Positions 50,340-61,689 of a stretch of 64,000 nucleotides of DNA are shown here, piece by piece. The notes beneath the pieces are model-generated. The model saw nothing but the letters and a program-made list of their open reading frames with translations, made no database searches and had not been told where the DNA came from. Source of the stretch: Raja brachyura. Taxonomy: Eukaryota. Made by a program: the position numbers and the translations under genes. The stretch lies in the NCBI GenBank assembly GCA_963514005.1, contig OY740791.1, positions 41,106,001-41,170,000 of the forward strand, written 5' to 3'. Within the stretch, counting starts at the first letter, position 1. Every line of letters starts with the position of its first letter.

Positions 50340-51715
50340 ATCACAGAGATACACAGCATGGAAAAAAGGCCCTTCACCCCAATCTAGAAGAAGCCCTATC
50401 TAAGGTAGTTTCATTTACCCACATTTGGCTGCTATACCTCCTAACTTCTCCAATCATTACATGACTAAATGTCATTTATATGTTGTTCTTGATTCCCCTA
50501 GCCAAGGAGAAATGATACATGCATCCACTTTATCTATATCCCTCATAATTTTAAACACCTCTATAGGATCACCTATCAGTCTAGTGTACTGTCAACAGGC
50601 CATCGAGTCCTGGCAACACCCTCGTCAATCTTCTCTGCACTCTTTCCAGCTCAATGGGGTACTGATTGTGGGTGATCAGCCATGATCACAGCGAATGGTG
50701 GTGCTGGCTTGAAGGTCCGAATGGCCTACTCCTGCACCAATTGTCTATTGTCTAATGCCATCTTTTCTATAGCAAGCTGACCATAACTGAAGACAATACT
50801 CCAAATGTTGCCTCAACAACGTCTTGTACAAATGTAACACAACGTCCTAACTTCTATAGTCAATTCCATGTATAATGGAGCCTTCTTAGACATCCCATCT
50901 ACCTGCGACACCACTTTCAAGGAGCTATACACTTACACTCCCAAATCCCTCTACTCTGCAATACCTCCCCAGGGTCCTACCAATCACTGGGAATGTCCAG
51001 CCCTGGTTTGACTTCGCAAAATGCAACACATCACACTTACTTGAATTAAACTCCATCAGCCAATTGCTCGGCATACTTGTCCAGCTGTTCAAGATCCCAT
51101 TATAATTCTTACTGACTATCTTCACTATCTATGATACCATTTACATGAGTGTAATTTTACTATACATACCTTATACATTCTCATCCAAATTGTAGATGAC
51201 AAACAGTAATAGGCCTAGCACGGATCGCTGAGACACACCACTAGTCACAGGCATCCATTCCTAAAAACACCTTTCACCACCACTCTCTGCTGCCTTGCAT
51301 TGTTAATTCTGTATACAGGTAGCTAGCTCACCCTGGCTCCCATGCAATCAAATCTTCCAAGAGAGCCTATCATGCCACACCTTTAATAAAAGCCTTGCTG
51401 AAGTACATTTAACTATATTTATAGCCCTGCCCTCTTTATTACATCTTTAAAAATGCCAATCAAATTCAGGACATGCAATCTCCCACATACAAAATTATGC
51501 TGATGATCCCTAATCAACCCTTGTCTTTGAAAATGCATTTACATCTTATCTTTCAGAATCCTCTGCAGTAACTTGCCTACCACAGATGCTCGGCTTACTG
51601 GTCTATAGATCCTTTAAAAAAAAAATTGAAACCCTTCTTAAAATAGAGGCACAATATTAGCTCCCCACCAGCCTTCTGTGCTCACCTGTGGCTAACGATG
51701 ATTAACGTGTCTGAC
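50340..51715 (-). mobile_element. Decayed CR1 LINE with a small + strand CR1 tail inserted near 50655-50755
   Basis: WLMEFNSSKCDVLHF motif; collinear with 44250-45190. Confidence 0.8.
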
Positions 51716-51884
51716 GATGAAAGGATGCTTGGAATAACCTCTTCATTTTTTAAAGAGTTAAAGAATTAAAGGCTAATGGGAATAACTTAGATGGGGCTTC
51801 CTGCTCAACGTGGATGAGTTGGCTGAAGGAAGTCCCCTACTATATGACAGTATGACTCTATAATTGTATCTCATGTGATCTTCA

Positions 51885-52100
51885 TGTATGTGGGTTTCCG
51901 TATGGGTGTTACCGTGTCCTCCCACATCCAAAAGACGAGCAGGTTTGTAGGTTAATTGCCTCTGTAAATTGCCTCAAGTGTGTAGGGAGTGGATGTGAAG
52001 GTGGGATAACATAGAACTAGTGTGAACGGGTGATCGATGGTCTACATTGACTCAGTGGACAAAAGGGTCTGTTTCTATGCTGTATCTCTGAATTAAACTT
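51885..52100 (+). mobile_element. Headless V-SINE
   Basis: Core and tail match 52841-53174. Confidence 0.7.
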
Positions 52101-52197
52101 CAGAGCAAAGTCAAAATTCTATCCCAACTTATTTAGAAGGGACAATGAACATAAAATGAATTCGGCGTTCTCCAAGTTATATATAAAGACCCATATA

Positions 52198-52337
52198 TTT
52201 CTTCTTCTTGGGTGTGGCGTGCACAGCCTAAAGTTGTAGGTCAATTTGTTCTTTTATGATCTTTTGTTTGTGCACGTCGGGTTGATTGCATGATTCGAAG
52301 CAGGGTGGACCATGTGAAGGTTGCAATCTCCCATCAC
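52198..52337 (-). mobile_element. 140-bp retroposed insert with a (GAA)n tail
   Basis: 9-bp TSD ACCCATATA at 52189-52197 and 52338-52346; (TTC)n at the left end. Confidence 0.6.
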
Positions 52338-52840
52338 ACCCATATACTGAAAAATAAGTAAAAATAAAGCAACTGTATGCAGAAAATATTCAGGATAGTA
52401 ACCAATTTATTTTTAGTAATGCGAACACAAACACCCACAGACACACACACACACTGCACTCAAAAAATATTGCAACATTTTTAGTAACTATACATATTTT
52501 TTGAAAAATAATTTCTTAATATTTTGAAGTTCAGAATTGCGAAGTTTTCATACTTGAAATAAAGAAACTGAATTCCCAAGGACATGAGTGATTAATAACA
52601 ATAAAATTCCTCCTTGTACCCAAACCCCCAGTCTTTCAGTTATACCAACGATTGGGGTAGTTTCTTCTCATCTTGTGTTCTGGTTATTTTTCCTGTTTAT
52701 AATCCGGCCTATTTTGAAAAAAAATGACATCTAAAATTACTCCATCAGTTTAGAAAAAAATACAATTTTCATTCAAAGCCATGCAAACCTGTTGACTTGT
52801 CATCAGTGGTGACAAAGTGCTATAAAGTGCTCCGCCATTA

Positions 52841-53174
52841 GGGCAGCACAGTGGCGCAGCTGCTAGAGCTTCTGCCTCACAGTGCCAGAGTCCTGGGTCC
52901 GATTCTGACTTTGGGTGCTGTCTCTGTGGAGTCTGCACATTCTCTCTCTGACCACATGGGTTTCCTCTGGATGCTTCTGTTCCCTCCCACATCCCAAAGA
53001 CGTGTGGGTTTGTAGCTTAATTGGCCCTTGTAAAATTGCCCAGAGTGTGCAGGGAGTGGATATGAAAGTGGAATAACATAGAACTAGTGTGAATGGATGA
53101 TCGAAGGTCAGTGTGGACACAGTGAGCTGAAGGGCCCTGTTTCCTTGCTGTATCTCTAAACTATATCTCTAAAC
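52841..53174 (+). mobile_element. Full-length V-SINE (HE1-like)
   Basis: tRNA-like head, core, and CR1-like tail ending TATCTCTAAAC twice. Confidence 0.85.
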
Positions 53175-53784
53175 TATTACCAGGATTTCTCATCTTTCTT
53201 TGTCTTTGCTCTGACTAAATTGAGAAAGCATGCTCAGAGATCTTTCAAAGGATAGGAGCCAGGGACAGTTGTATTACTAAGGACAGAACCCCTGATGTTT
53301 CCATTGCTCTCATAATGAAAGTATCTTTTTTTAATTTGGAGCCATGTGAGAAGTGACCCAAGTATGATCAGCAAATGCAATTGTAACAAAATATCTGAAG
53401 CACTGCACCTAGGATGTCAGTGAAGGTATTTCTAGTTAATGTGAAAATGCATGACTGTTGTAGCAGTGCCAATGGCAAATACTCGAGTAGATTGAACAGT
53501 AGTATATTGTACTAATTCCACAATTCTTTTGATATTCGTGTGAACCACAGAAGACTGTGATCTGTATCATCTGTGATTATTCACGCGCTCATCTCTTCTG
53601 GTTCAAAGCAGCCTACCATGGAAATATTTATTATTTGAATAGTACCTTGCAAATATTTTGCTTTCTCTTCAGAAGAGAGAGCTTATCCACTGGTCAAAGC
53701 TGGTAGTTTCTTTCTCTGTAACTATTGTCCAAAGTAGTACATTACTCTTTGAAGACACTATCAGGTTCATTAATTTAAAGTCTA

Positions 53785-53938
53785 TCATAAACACAGCTTT
53801 AGTACCATCACTGAATGCAGAGTAGGTTCTGTCAGTTGAATCTCCCTCACCAGCTTTTGGCTCTTTTCTGTCAGGAATTGCTGTCGAAGGATCTGGAAAC
53901 CCTTGCCGGTCTGGAGTTTGCTTTCCCCTTTGCTGGTG
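53785..53938 (-). CDS. Candidate terminal coding exon of the HIPK4-like gene
   Basis: Acceptor tttttaatttag|CACC followed by non-repetitive open sequence. The frame and stop depend on which upstream exons are used. Confidence 0.3.
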
Positions 53939-55094
53939 CTAAATTAAAAACAATGATGAAAGCTGAATAAAGACATAATTGTATTAATCATTGCCTTATG
54001 GCAGTGGTTTACCAGAACACTGTCATACTACCCAGCTCCTTCGATACCAATCTGAATCTAAATATATTTAAGTGATACCAATAGAACATCTAATTCCAGT
54101 CTCATCTCTTACAGATCATGTGGTCCTAAGCTGAAGTCAGGGGAAGGGCTGAGTTGACATGAAACTGTATTACAGTATAATGCTGTAATGTACTACAGTA
54201 GTTACTGGCTGAAGCCACCCACAGTATGCTTTCCCGTTCCAATGGTAAGGCCCCAGTTTGCTCATGGTTAAAGCAAGGAAACTATAATGTAAAATGATAA
54301 ACTTGGTTTAAAGCTCATCCATGATTACTGTTCGCTATAGGACAGCTTTGCTATTTATATCCTACAGCACCTGACGCCGGAGTTCCAGCTTCATGGCAAG
54401 AGGGCCTGAAAACTTTGAACTGGCTGCAAGGCCACAAATGGGCCCCGATCTCGGGTGGTCACAGAGGAAGAGGACTAAACTTTCTGGTGCCTTTCCCCAC
54501 AGTGGAAAATGTTGATTCTGTTGTGGGGGGACGTTTGTGTTGAACTCTCTAATGTGTTGTGTCAATTTTTCTTTTTTGAATCTTTTTCTATGGATGTACG
54601 GAAACTTATTCTTTATTTTATGTAAAGCACTTTGGTTTCAATTCAAGTTGATTTATAACGTGCTATATAAATAAAACGTACTTACTTACTACTTACAGCA
54701 GTACTGGCTGATTTTCACAAACCTGCAGATCTGCTGCATTTGTGCAAGGTTCTAAGCCTCTCTTTATTCCAGATCTTGCACACATTCACTCAAATAACTA
54801 ACTTACCATGACAATTTTTGTTCTATGTTAAACCCTGGCCACCTATACTCTCATTTTATATAACATCCACTGGTTTCCATTCTCATAATGTCATGACTTC
54901 CAAGTTCTCCAATAATCGATAAAGTTCTTCAAGACCTCACCCCTCTTTATGCAATCTTCTGCCTTACATCCCAACTTGCAATTCTCCTGCATTCTGGGAC
55001 CCAAATACCACATCGACAATTCATGCAGATTTTTCAGCTTTCTCTTTGTAACCTTCTACTGACAAATTTTCAGATTGCTTTCAGAAGGCTTTAA

Positions 55095-55445
55095 AGTGAG
55101 AGTCGTACAGCATTAAAACAGGCCCTCCAACCCAACTTGCCCACATCTGCCAACATGCCCAGCTACACTAGCCCCACCTGCCACTGTTCGGCCCGTATCC
55201 CTCCAAACCTGTCCGATCAATGTATATGTCTAACTATTTCTTAAACGTTGTGATAGTTCCTGCCTCAACTACCTCCTCTGGCAGCTTGTTCCATACACCC
55301 ACCACCATTTGTGTGAAAAGGTTACCCTTCCAATTCCCATAAAATATTTTCTCCTTCGCATTAAACTATGTCCCCTGGTCCTCGATTCATCTACTCTAGG
55401 CAAGAGACTCTGTGCATCTACCTGATCTATTCCTCTCATTCTCCT
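55095..55445 (-). mobile_element. CR1 3' tail
   Basis: Homologous to 39190-39890 and to the reconstructed host at 18022. Confidence 0.7.
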
Positions 55446-56629
55446 TTGACCAAATATCCAGCCATCCCAACAAATTCCTGTAGAAATGGAATTGGTTAAT
55501 AAATGCAGGAAACTTCATCTTTATTAAAGGAGAATGTATGCAAAATAAACTAATCCCTTAAAAACACACATTTTAAAACTGCGAGCCTTGAGTTACCTGT
55601 CAAAACCAATTCTACCCTACTGCACACTATCATTAATCTTGAGACACAAATTGTATTTTGAAGGATATTGCAACAATATGGAATGACAAGGACCACGCTT
55701 CAAAATACTTTCTATAAAGGACTTGACATGTCCTGTAGTTATAAAAAGCACTGGATACCTGCAAGTCTATGTATTGTTAAAAGGCTTAATTGGGTTTCAT
55801 CAGCATTTTGTATTAGCAACTGCTTACTGGTGTTATATATTAGTCATACAAAAATAAAATAATACTTTTAACCTTTCCAGTGGTTAGGTCAGCAACAATA
55901 GCAGACAACTTAGCTGTGCAACACAGCATTTTCGTGGTTAAGTTACTTATCAGAGCCCATGGCAAATATGGGATTACAGTACATACAATGAAAAATCAGC
56001 CACGAGTCTTGCATTTGAGTAAAATTCAATACCCTTGATGCACCCAAAGAAAGGACTGGGCTGAGGAAGGAAACAAGTCCTTTGCCACAACTTGGCCTTG
56101 CTGACCAAGATGCCATTGCCTTGGGCTAGTGCAATAACATGTTGGTTTGTGCAAGTTATTGGAAATGGCTGATGTCAAATATATTCAAGTTGTACTATGG
56201 TACTACTTCAGGATAAAAGAGGGAGAAAAGAGGACGAGAAGACAAATGAAGAATATTTTTTGTTCATTGTTAAATAGAATTATGGACGATAGACAGTACA
56301 GAAACCAATTAGTTTCTGTTTTTGAAACAAAGATGACATTCTTTGGTCTGATTCTTGTTAAACTAAAATAGCATATACTACACACCCCACAGCATTGAAC
56401 AGGAAATCAGATGACAAAGATCATAAGTTAGACATGGCCTTCAACGTCCAGCTTGCAGCTCTCAAGAGCGATACTATCAAGGAAACAATGTGGAAAAGTT
56501 TTTTTAAACAAATTTAAACTTATAGCTGTTTTCATTAAGACTTATAACTAATGTCAGAGAGATATCAAACGTGTTGCTACAATTACTCCTTCAAGACTAA
56601 GGGTTGGGTAAAACGTACAAATAACTCAC

Positions 56630-56654
56630 CTCCTGCTTGCCCTGCGCGCTCCTT
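56630..56654 (-). CDS. Candidate 25-nt microexon of the HIPK4-like gene
   Basis: tttacag|AAGGAGCGCGCAGGGCAAGCAGGAG|gtgagt: strong splice sites, purine-rich, open in the incoming phase. Confidence 0.4.
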
Positions 56655-56844
56655 CTGTAAAGCTATCAACTAGACAATGTTGATCAACCTTAGCTTGCTT
56701 TGTGCAGCATTCCAGACATATTCTGTTGTTTTATACTTTTTTTATTTTTCGACCTTTAAGCATAATGTTGTGGTTCTTGGATTCTTCACTTACAATAAAA
56801 TAAATGTTATTTTTTTTAATATTCATACGCAAGTTTGATCTTAC

Positions 56845-57175
56845 CTGCATCTTCAACTTTAAGATGATCTTTCCCGGTTGGAATAATGGAAGGCGTGTTC
56901 TCATTTGGTGGAAGCAGTGACCAAGAGCCAAAATTTACCCTGTTCCTCTCTTTATCTGGAAGCCCACCTTCTTCATGTCCCAGTTCCACAGTCTGTCCTT
57001 TTAGATTAGATGCAGAGGGATCAGGTTCCTTTAGCTGGTCACTAGTTGCTGATCTCGATCTAGACCATATCCGTCCAATCAGTTTAATGGAATTGAAAAT
57101 TGATTGTCGATTACTTAATGATTGCCCACCAGGGCTCAAATCTCCATCAATAATCTTTGATTCCCTGTTGCTAAC
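56845..57175 (-). CDS. Probable HIPK4-like C-terminal-region exon
   Basis: ctaacag|GTT ... GCAG|gtaaga. Open for 331 nt, phase-compatible with the kinase exon, disordered S/P/E/K-rich composition. Confidence 0.6.
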
Positions 57176-57761
57176 CTGTTAGGAGGTAAAAGCTGACAAT
57201 GTGCATTCCAGCAAGCTGTATGAGATTATTACAAATCCCGAGCTGGAGGTATTACCGAAACAAAGGGTCAATGAAGAAAGGTCAATATATATTTTTAAAG
57301 CCAATGGATGAAATAGACACCATTAAAAACACAACTTGGACAAAACTTGTTCAATGATTTTCTGTTGACAATCAACTGTTTCCCTCTGCTTGCCTTGTTG
57401 AATGTTTCCAACATTTTCTGCTTTTATTTCAGATTGAATTCCTCGCAATGACCTGATATTTTCTTCTACTATTTTAGGGGACAACACATCTGCAGCAGCC
57501 CTGGTCAAGGAATGCCTGAAATGGTAAGAAAGTGGACAGAGATTTCCATCCAGTTGTTAATGCTAGCTAATTAAATCTACATTTTATACTTTATGGTAGA
57601 CTGTGATGCATGTTCTGAATGTCTGGAGTTTGATTACCAAGTAAACACAATGTGTGGTGAAGAGGACCCAAGTATAGACCTTAACGCACTTCTCTCTTCA
57701 GATACAGACTGATCTACTGTGCAATTGCAAATTTAGTGTAGATTAGTTTGGTTTAGAGATA

Positions 57762-58382
57762 GGGCGGCACAATGGCGCAGTGTTGGAGTTGCTGCCTTAC
57801 AGCGCCAGAGATCTGGGTTCAATCCAGATTATAAATTGCTGTCTGTGCAAAGTTTGTACATTCTCCCTGAGACTGCATGGGTTTTCTCTGGCTGCTCCGA
57901 TGTTCTCGCACATTCCAAAGACATGCAGGTTTTTTAGGTTAATTGGCTTCTGTAAATTGTGCCTAGTGTGTAGGATGTGAAACTGGGATAACATGGAACC
58001 AGTGTATGGACGATTGATGGTTGACATGGACTCGGTGGGCCGAAGGGCCTGTTTCCACACTGCATCTCTAAAACTAAAAACCAATGAAACAGCACGGAAA
58101 CAGGCCCTTTGGCCCACCATGCTTACCATCGAGTCCATGCCTACTACCGATTACCCGTTCACACAAGTTATATGTTATCCCACTTTCGTATCCATTCCCT
58201 ATACAGAGACAAATTAGCTTACAAACCCACACGTCTTTGGGATTTAGGAGGAAATCAGAGCCACCAGGAAACTAATGCCGTCAGAGGGAGAATATGCAAA
58301 CTCCACACAGACAGCACCCGAGATCAGGGTCGAACCAGGTTCATTTGCGCTGTGAGGCAGCATCTATACCAGCTGCGCCACT
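57762..58382. mobile_element. Two V-SINEs tail-to-tail (57762-58082 +, 58088-58382 -)
   Basis: tRNA-like heads at the outer ends; bodies are mutually reverse-complementary. Confidence 0.85.
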
Positions 58383-58439
58383 GCAGTTTTTGGATAATTT
58401 AATTAATTCCTTGCATAAACCCAGTCACTGCATTAGAAC

Positions 58440-58739
58440 GTAAACAAAAATGCTGGAGAAACTCAGCGGGTGCAGCAGCATCAATGGAGCAAAGGAAATA
58501 GGCAAAGTTTCGGGCCAAAACCCTTCTTAAGACTGATGTGTGGGTGGGGGGGGGCGGAAGAGGAGCCAGAGGTCTAAGGGAGAGCTGAGAACGGGAGGAG
58601 ACAGTTGGGACTACCTGAAATTAGAGAAGTCAATGTTCATACAGCTGAGGTACAAACTGCCCAAGTGAAATATGAGGAGCAGCACCTCATATTCCGCTTG
58701 GGCAGTTTGTACCCCAGCGGTATGAACATTGACTTCTCT
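58440..58739 (-). mobile_element. Penelope-like 3' end with an inverted terminal duplication
   Basis: Tail motif plus EEQHLIFRLGSLYPSGMNIDFS. Arms of 58 bp centred on 58681. Confidence 0.8.
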
Positions 58740-59154
58740 TGGCCTAGGGAACACAATAACTCCATCCATAAAATCTCCCCATGTTCAAAACTTACACACA
58801 GCCATGATTTCTGTAAGTTTCTTCTTGCAGAGGGTGTGGAGGGGCAGAGTAAGGATTGTGAGGCAGGGCTTGTGTGTGCCCAGCTGAATATGCACCAACA
58901 CAACCTGGGAGGTTTGTGGGCTTCCTGGGGCAAAATACCTCCAAGGAACATGGAGAAATAGGCTGCCTACAGACCTATCCACTTACCAAAAGCAGTGCTC
59001 TGATTTTCTCCCACATCCAAAGATGTGTCGGTTTGCAAGCTAATCGGTCTCTGTATGTTGCCCCGAGTGTGTAGGGAATGGATGTGAAAGTATGACATTT
59101 TGAAATCAACTGCAGTGTCGTTCAGTGATCAGCTGGGAAAGTGAGTGGCCACAT

Positions 59155-59467
59155 TTAGTTTAGTTCAGCTTAGTTTGTCTTATTGATACAGTGCGGAAAC
59201 AGGCCCTTTGACCCACCGAGTCCACACTGACCACCGACACCCACACACTGACATTATTCTACTGAGGACAATTTACAATTTTACCCAGCCAATTAGCCAA
59301 CCTGCATGTCTCTAGTGTGTGGGAGGAAACCGAGCACCTGGAGAAAACCCACGCAAGTCACGGAGGGAACGTACAAACTCCACACAGACAGCACCCATAG
59401 TCAGGATCAGACCCAGGTCTCTGGTGCTGTAAGGCAGCAACTCTACTGCTGCTCCACTGTGCCGCCC
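59155..59467 (-). mobile_element. Full-length V-SINE
   Basis: Head reverse complement ends GTGCCGCCC; (TTTAG)n tail. Confidence 0.85.
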
Positions 59468-60307
59468 TTTGTGGACTCAACATGATTTTGCAGGTACAAA
59501 GTTTGCAGCTTTATATAAATTTACTGAAAAGCAATGTTTTTCTTGAATTGGAAGGCACAAGAATCCGTAATAAACATCAAAGTAAATGTATAAAAAGTGA
59601 GTTTATAGGCAAGAATGGACATTTTCTCTAACTATTTATTTGTTAAAGGGTAATTACCAACACTTATTGCCCTTCCTAAACTGAGGAACCAGTTGAGAGT
59701 TGAGCACATTGTTAAAATTGCTTCAATGTATAGTCCATTCTCTGAAAGAATGCTGGAATTTCTTCCCTGAAGGACACTATTGGAGTATCCATTTTTTTTT
59801 AATCAGTTAGCAGCTTCATTGTTTTATTCATACTTTTGTTAAGTTTAAATTCTACAACTGTCATGGTGAAATTTGATTTTATATTGCTGGATCAATTGGA
59901 CACTAACCTCATTTAACAATAATGACTGAATATGTGACTTTATGAAAGCTGGGAGGATTAAGAGCTTGTGCATGCTCCAGACAAATCTACAGTGGTAGGA
60001 GCCTCTGCAAGGGGACAAGCAGAGTTCTGGGGTTTAGGTACGAGCAGTGATCTTTGGATATGTTGCCCGTACATGGCACCGAGCAGAGGTAGATTGCTCC
60101 GTTATCCTGCTGCTGCTATCTTGCAAAATACAGAACAATGCTAGAAAAACTCAGCAGGAGCGATAAATTATTCTGATGAAGGTTCATTGACCTGAAATGT
60201 TGACTTTGTGTTCCTTTCAACATAGATGCTGCCTCACAAATAAAACTGGTCTAGATTAAATCTATCATTTCACAAAATGCTAAAACTCAACACATTTGAG
60301 GACCAAC

Positions 60308-61068
60308 CTCTTTTTCAGATTCTTCAATAGCTGAATCGTCCAACTCATCTTCTGTTAGTTGTTCAATGGATTTAATATTTTGCGGTGCCTGGTTTGGCTC
60401 ATATTGTTCATTAGCTAAATGGCAACACTGCTTGAACGTTTGACAACAAAAATAATGATGTTCCACTTTTTTACTTGGGGTTAAGGCAACACTAAAGGCT
60501 TGCGCAGATATCTTGTAGTATTTTGTATTGTTGTATTTTGATTTGAGCTTCTGCATTGTGAGAAATGGGTGCTTTAAAGCTGTACTCACAGTGGTGCGCT
60601 GCCTGGGATCAAAGATTAGAATTTTCTTTATGAGAGCCACCATCATAAATTGGTCAAATAGTTCAGCTTTGAGCTCCTTATCCGGGAAAATAGTTTTGGT
60701 ATGGATGGTTGCTAATTGGTCAAGTGAATACAAAGGTTTTGTTCTGGTCTCCAGAGGTTGCACCATCGTCTCTGCTTGATACTCATCCATTGATTTGAGC
60801 CTCCATTGATATGTTGAATTAGGCTGACGAGCCTTTTTAAAGAAGTGGTGAGTTTTACTGGCAGTTTCCAACAGTTGATCACATGGTAGCCCTTGTGCAT
60901 CAACAATGTACCTGATCTGATCATACTCATTGGTACCTGGATAAATTGGCCAACCAAGATGAAGCTCTGCCATAACACAACCTAGAGACCATATGTCCAG
61001 CTTCTCAGAGAAGGGTAAGCCAAGCAAGATCTCAGGTGAACGGTAAAATCTAGACTGGATGTATGGCC
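60308..61068 (-). CDS. HIPK4: HIPK4-like kinase exon (activation loop to kinase C-lobe and beyond)
   Basis: ttctgcag|GG, then PYIQSRFYRSPEILLGLPFSEKLDIWSLGCVMAELHLGWPIYPGTNEYDQIRYI...HHFFK...ALKHPF. The AELHLGW and PYIQSRFYR motifs are HIPK4-like. Donor GAG|gttggt. Confidence 0.85.
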
Positions 61069-61689
61069 CTGCAGAAGAAAAACAAAATTGTATAATAAGA
61101 ATGAATGTAATCCATCAAGTTAATACAGAGACAAATTTGCAATTAATCAAGTTTTGATTAGTAAATAGGATACTTTGAAAAATGTAAACAATCTGTGATA
61201 TGTGCAGAATGTTAGAGCTTGTACCAATAATTACATCACATGTCATGCATATTTTGTCAATGACGGTTCCAGTCTTGTATTTTGTTAACAGTGATGATCT
61301 TCACAGTGACAGTTATGCTGCAACTATAATATTGCGACACCTATCCATTTAACAGTGAGGGTAATGCAATGCCGGAAATGTCGTTTTGTGGACATAAACT
61401 TTAAAGAATCAAGAAACTCCAGCAAGTAGCCAAGATATTTCTCTTTACAGTAATTGACTTTATCTCTTGGATGCACAGATGACAACTTTCTCCAAAATGT
61501 CAAAAGCTGGAAGAGAAACAAATATGTAATTTTGGTAACACATGGCTTGATACCTATAGAGACGATCAATAGCAAATTCTGCATACTACTATATATGGTG
61601 AGTTTATTTTAAATAATATTGAAATAGTCACAATTTCCACCCCTCCATACCCGATCTTAGTGTCTTGTCACCTTTGAAATTGAAAGCAG

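Noticed and set aside
57323-57515. Possible extra HIPK4-like exon after the tttcag acceptor
   Set aside because: It hits a stop in the incoming phase 0 and has no convincing donor; it could only be an alternative terminal exon.
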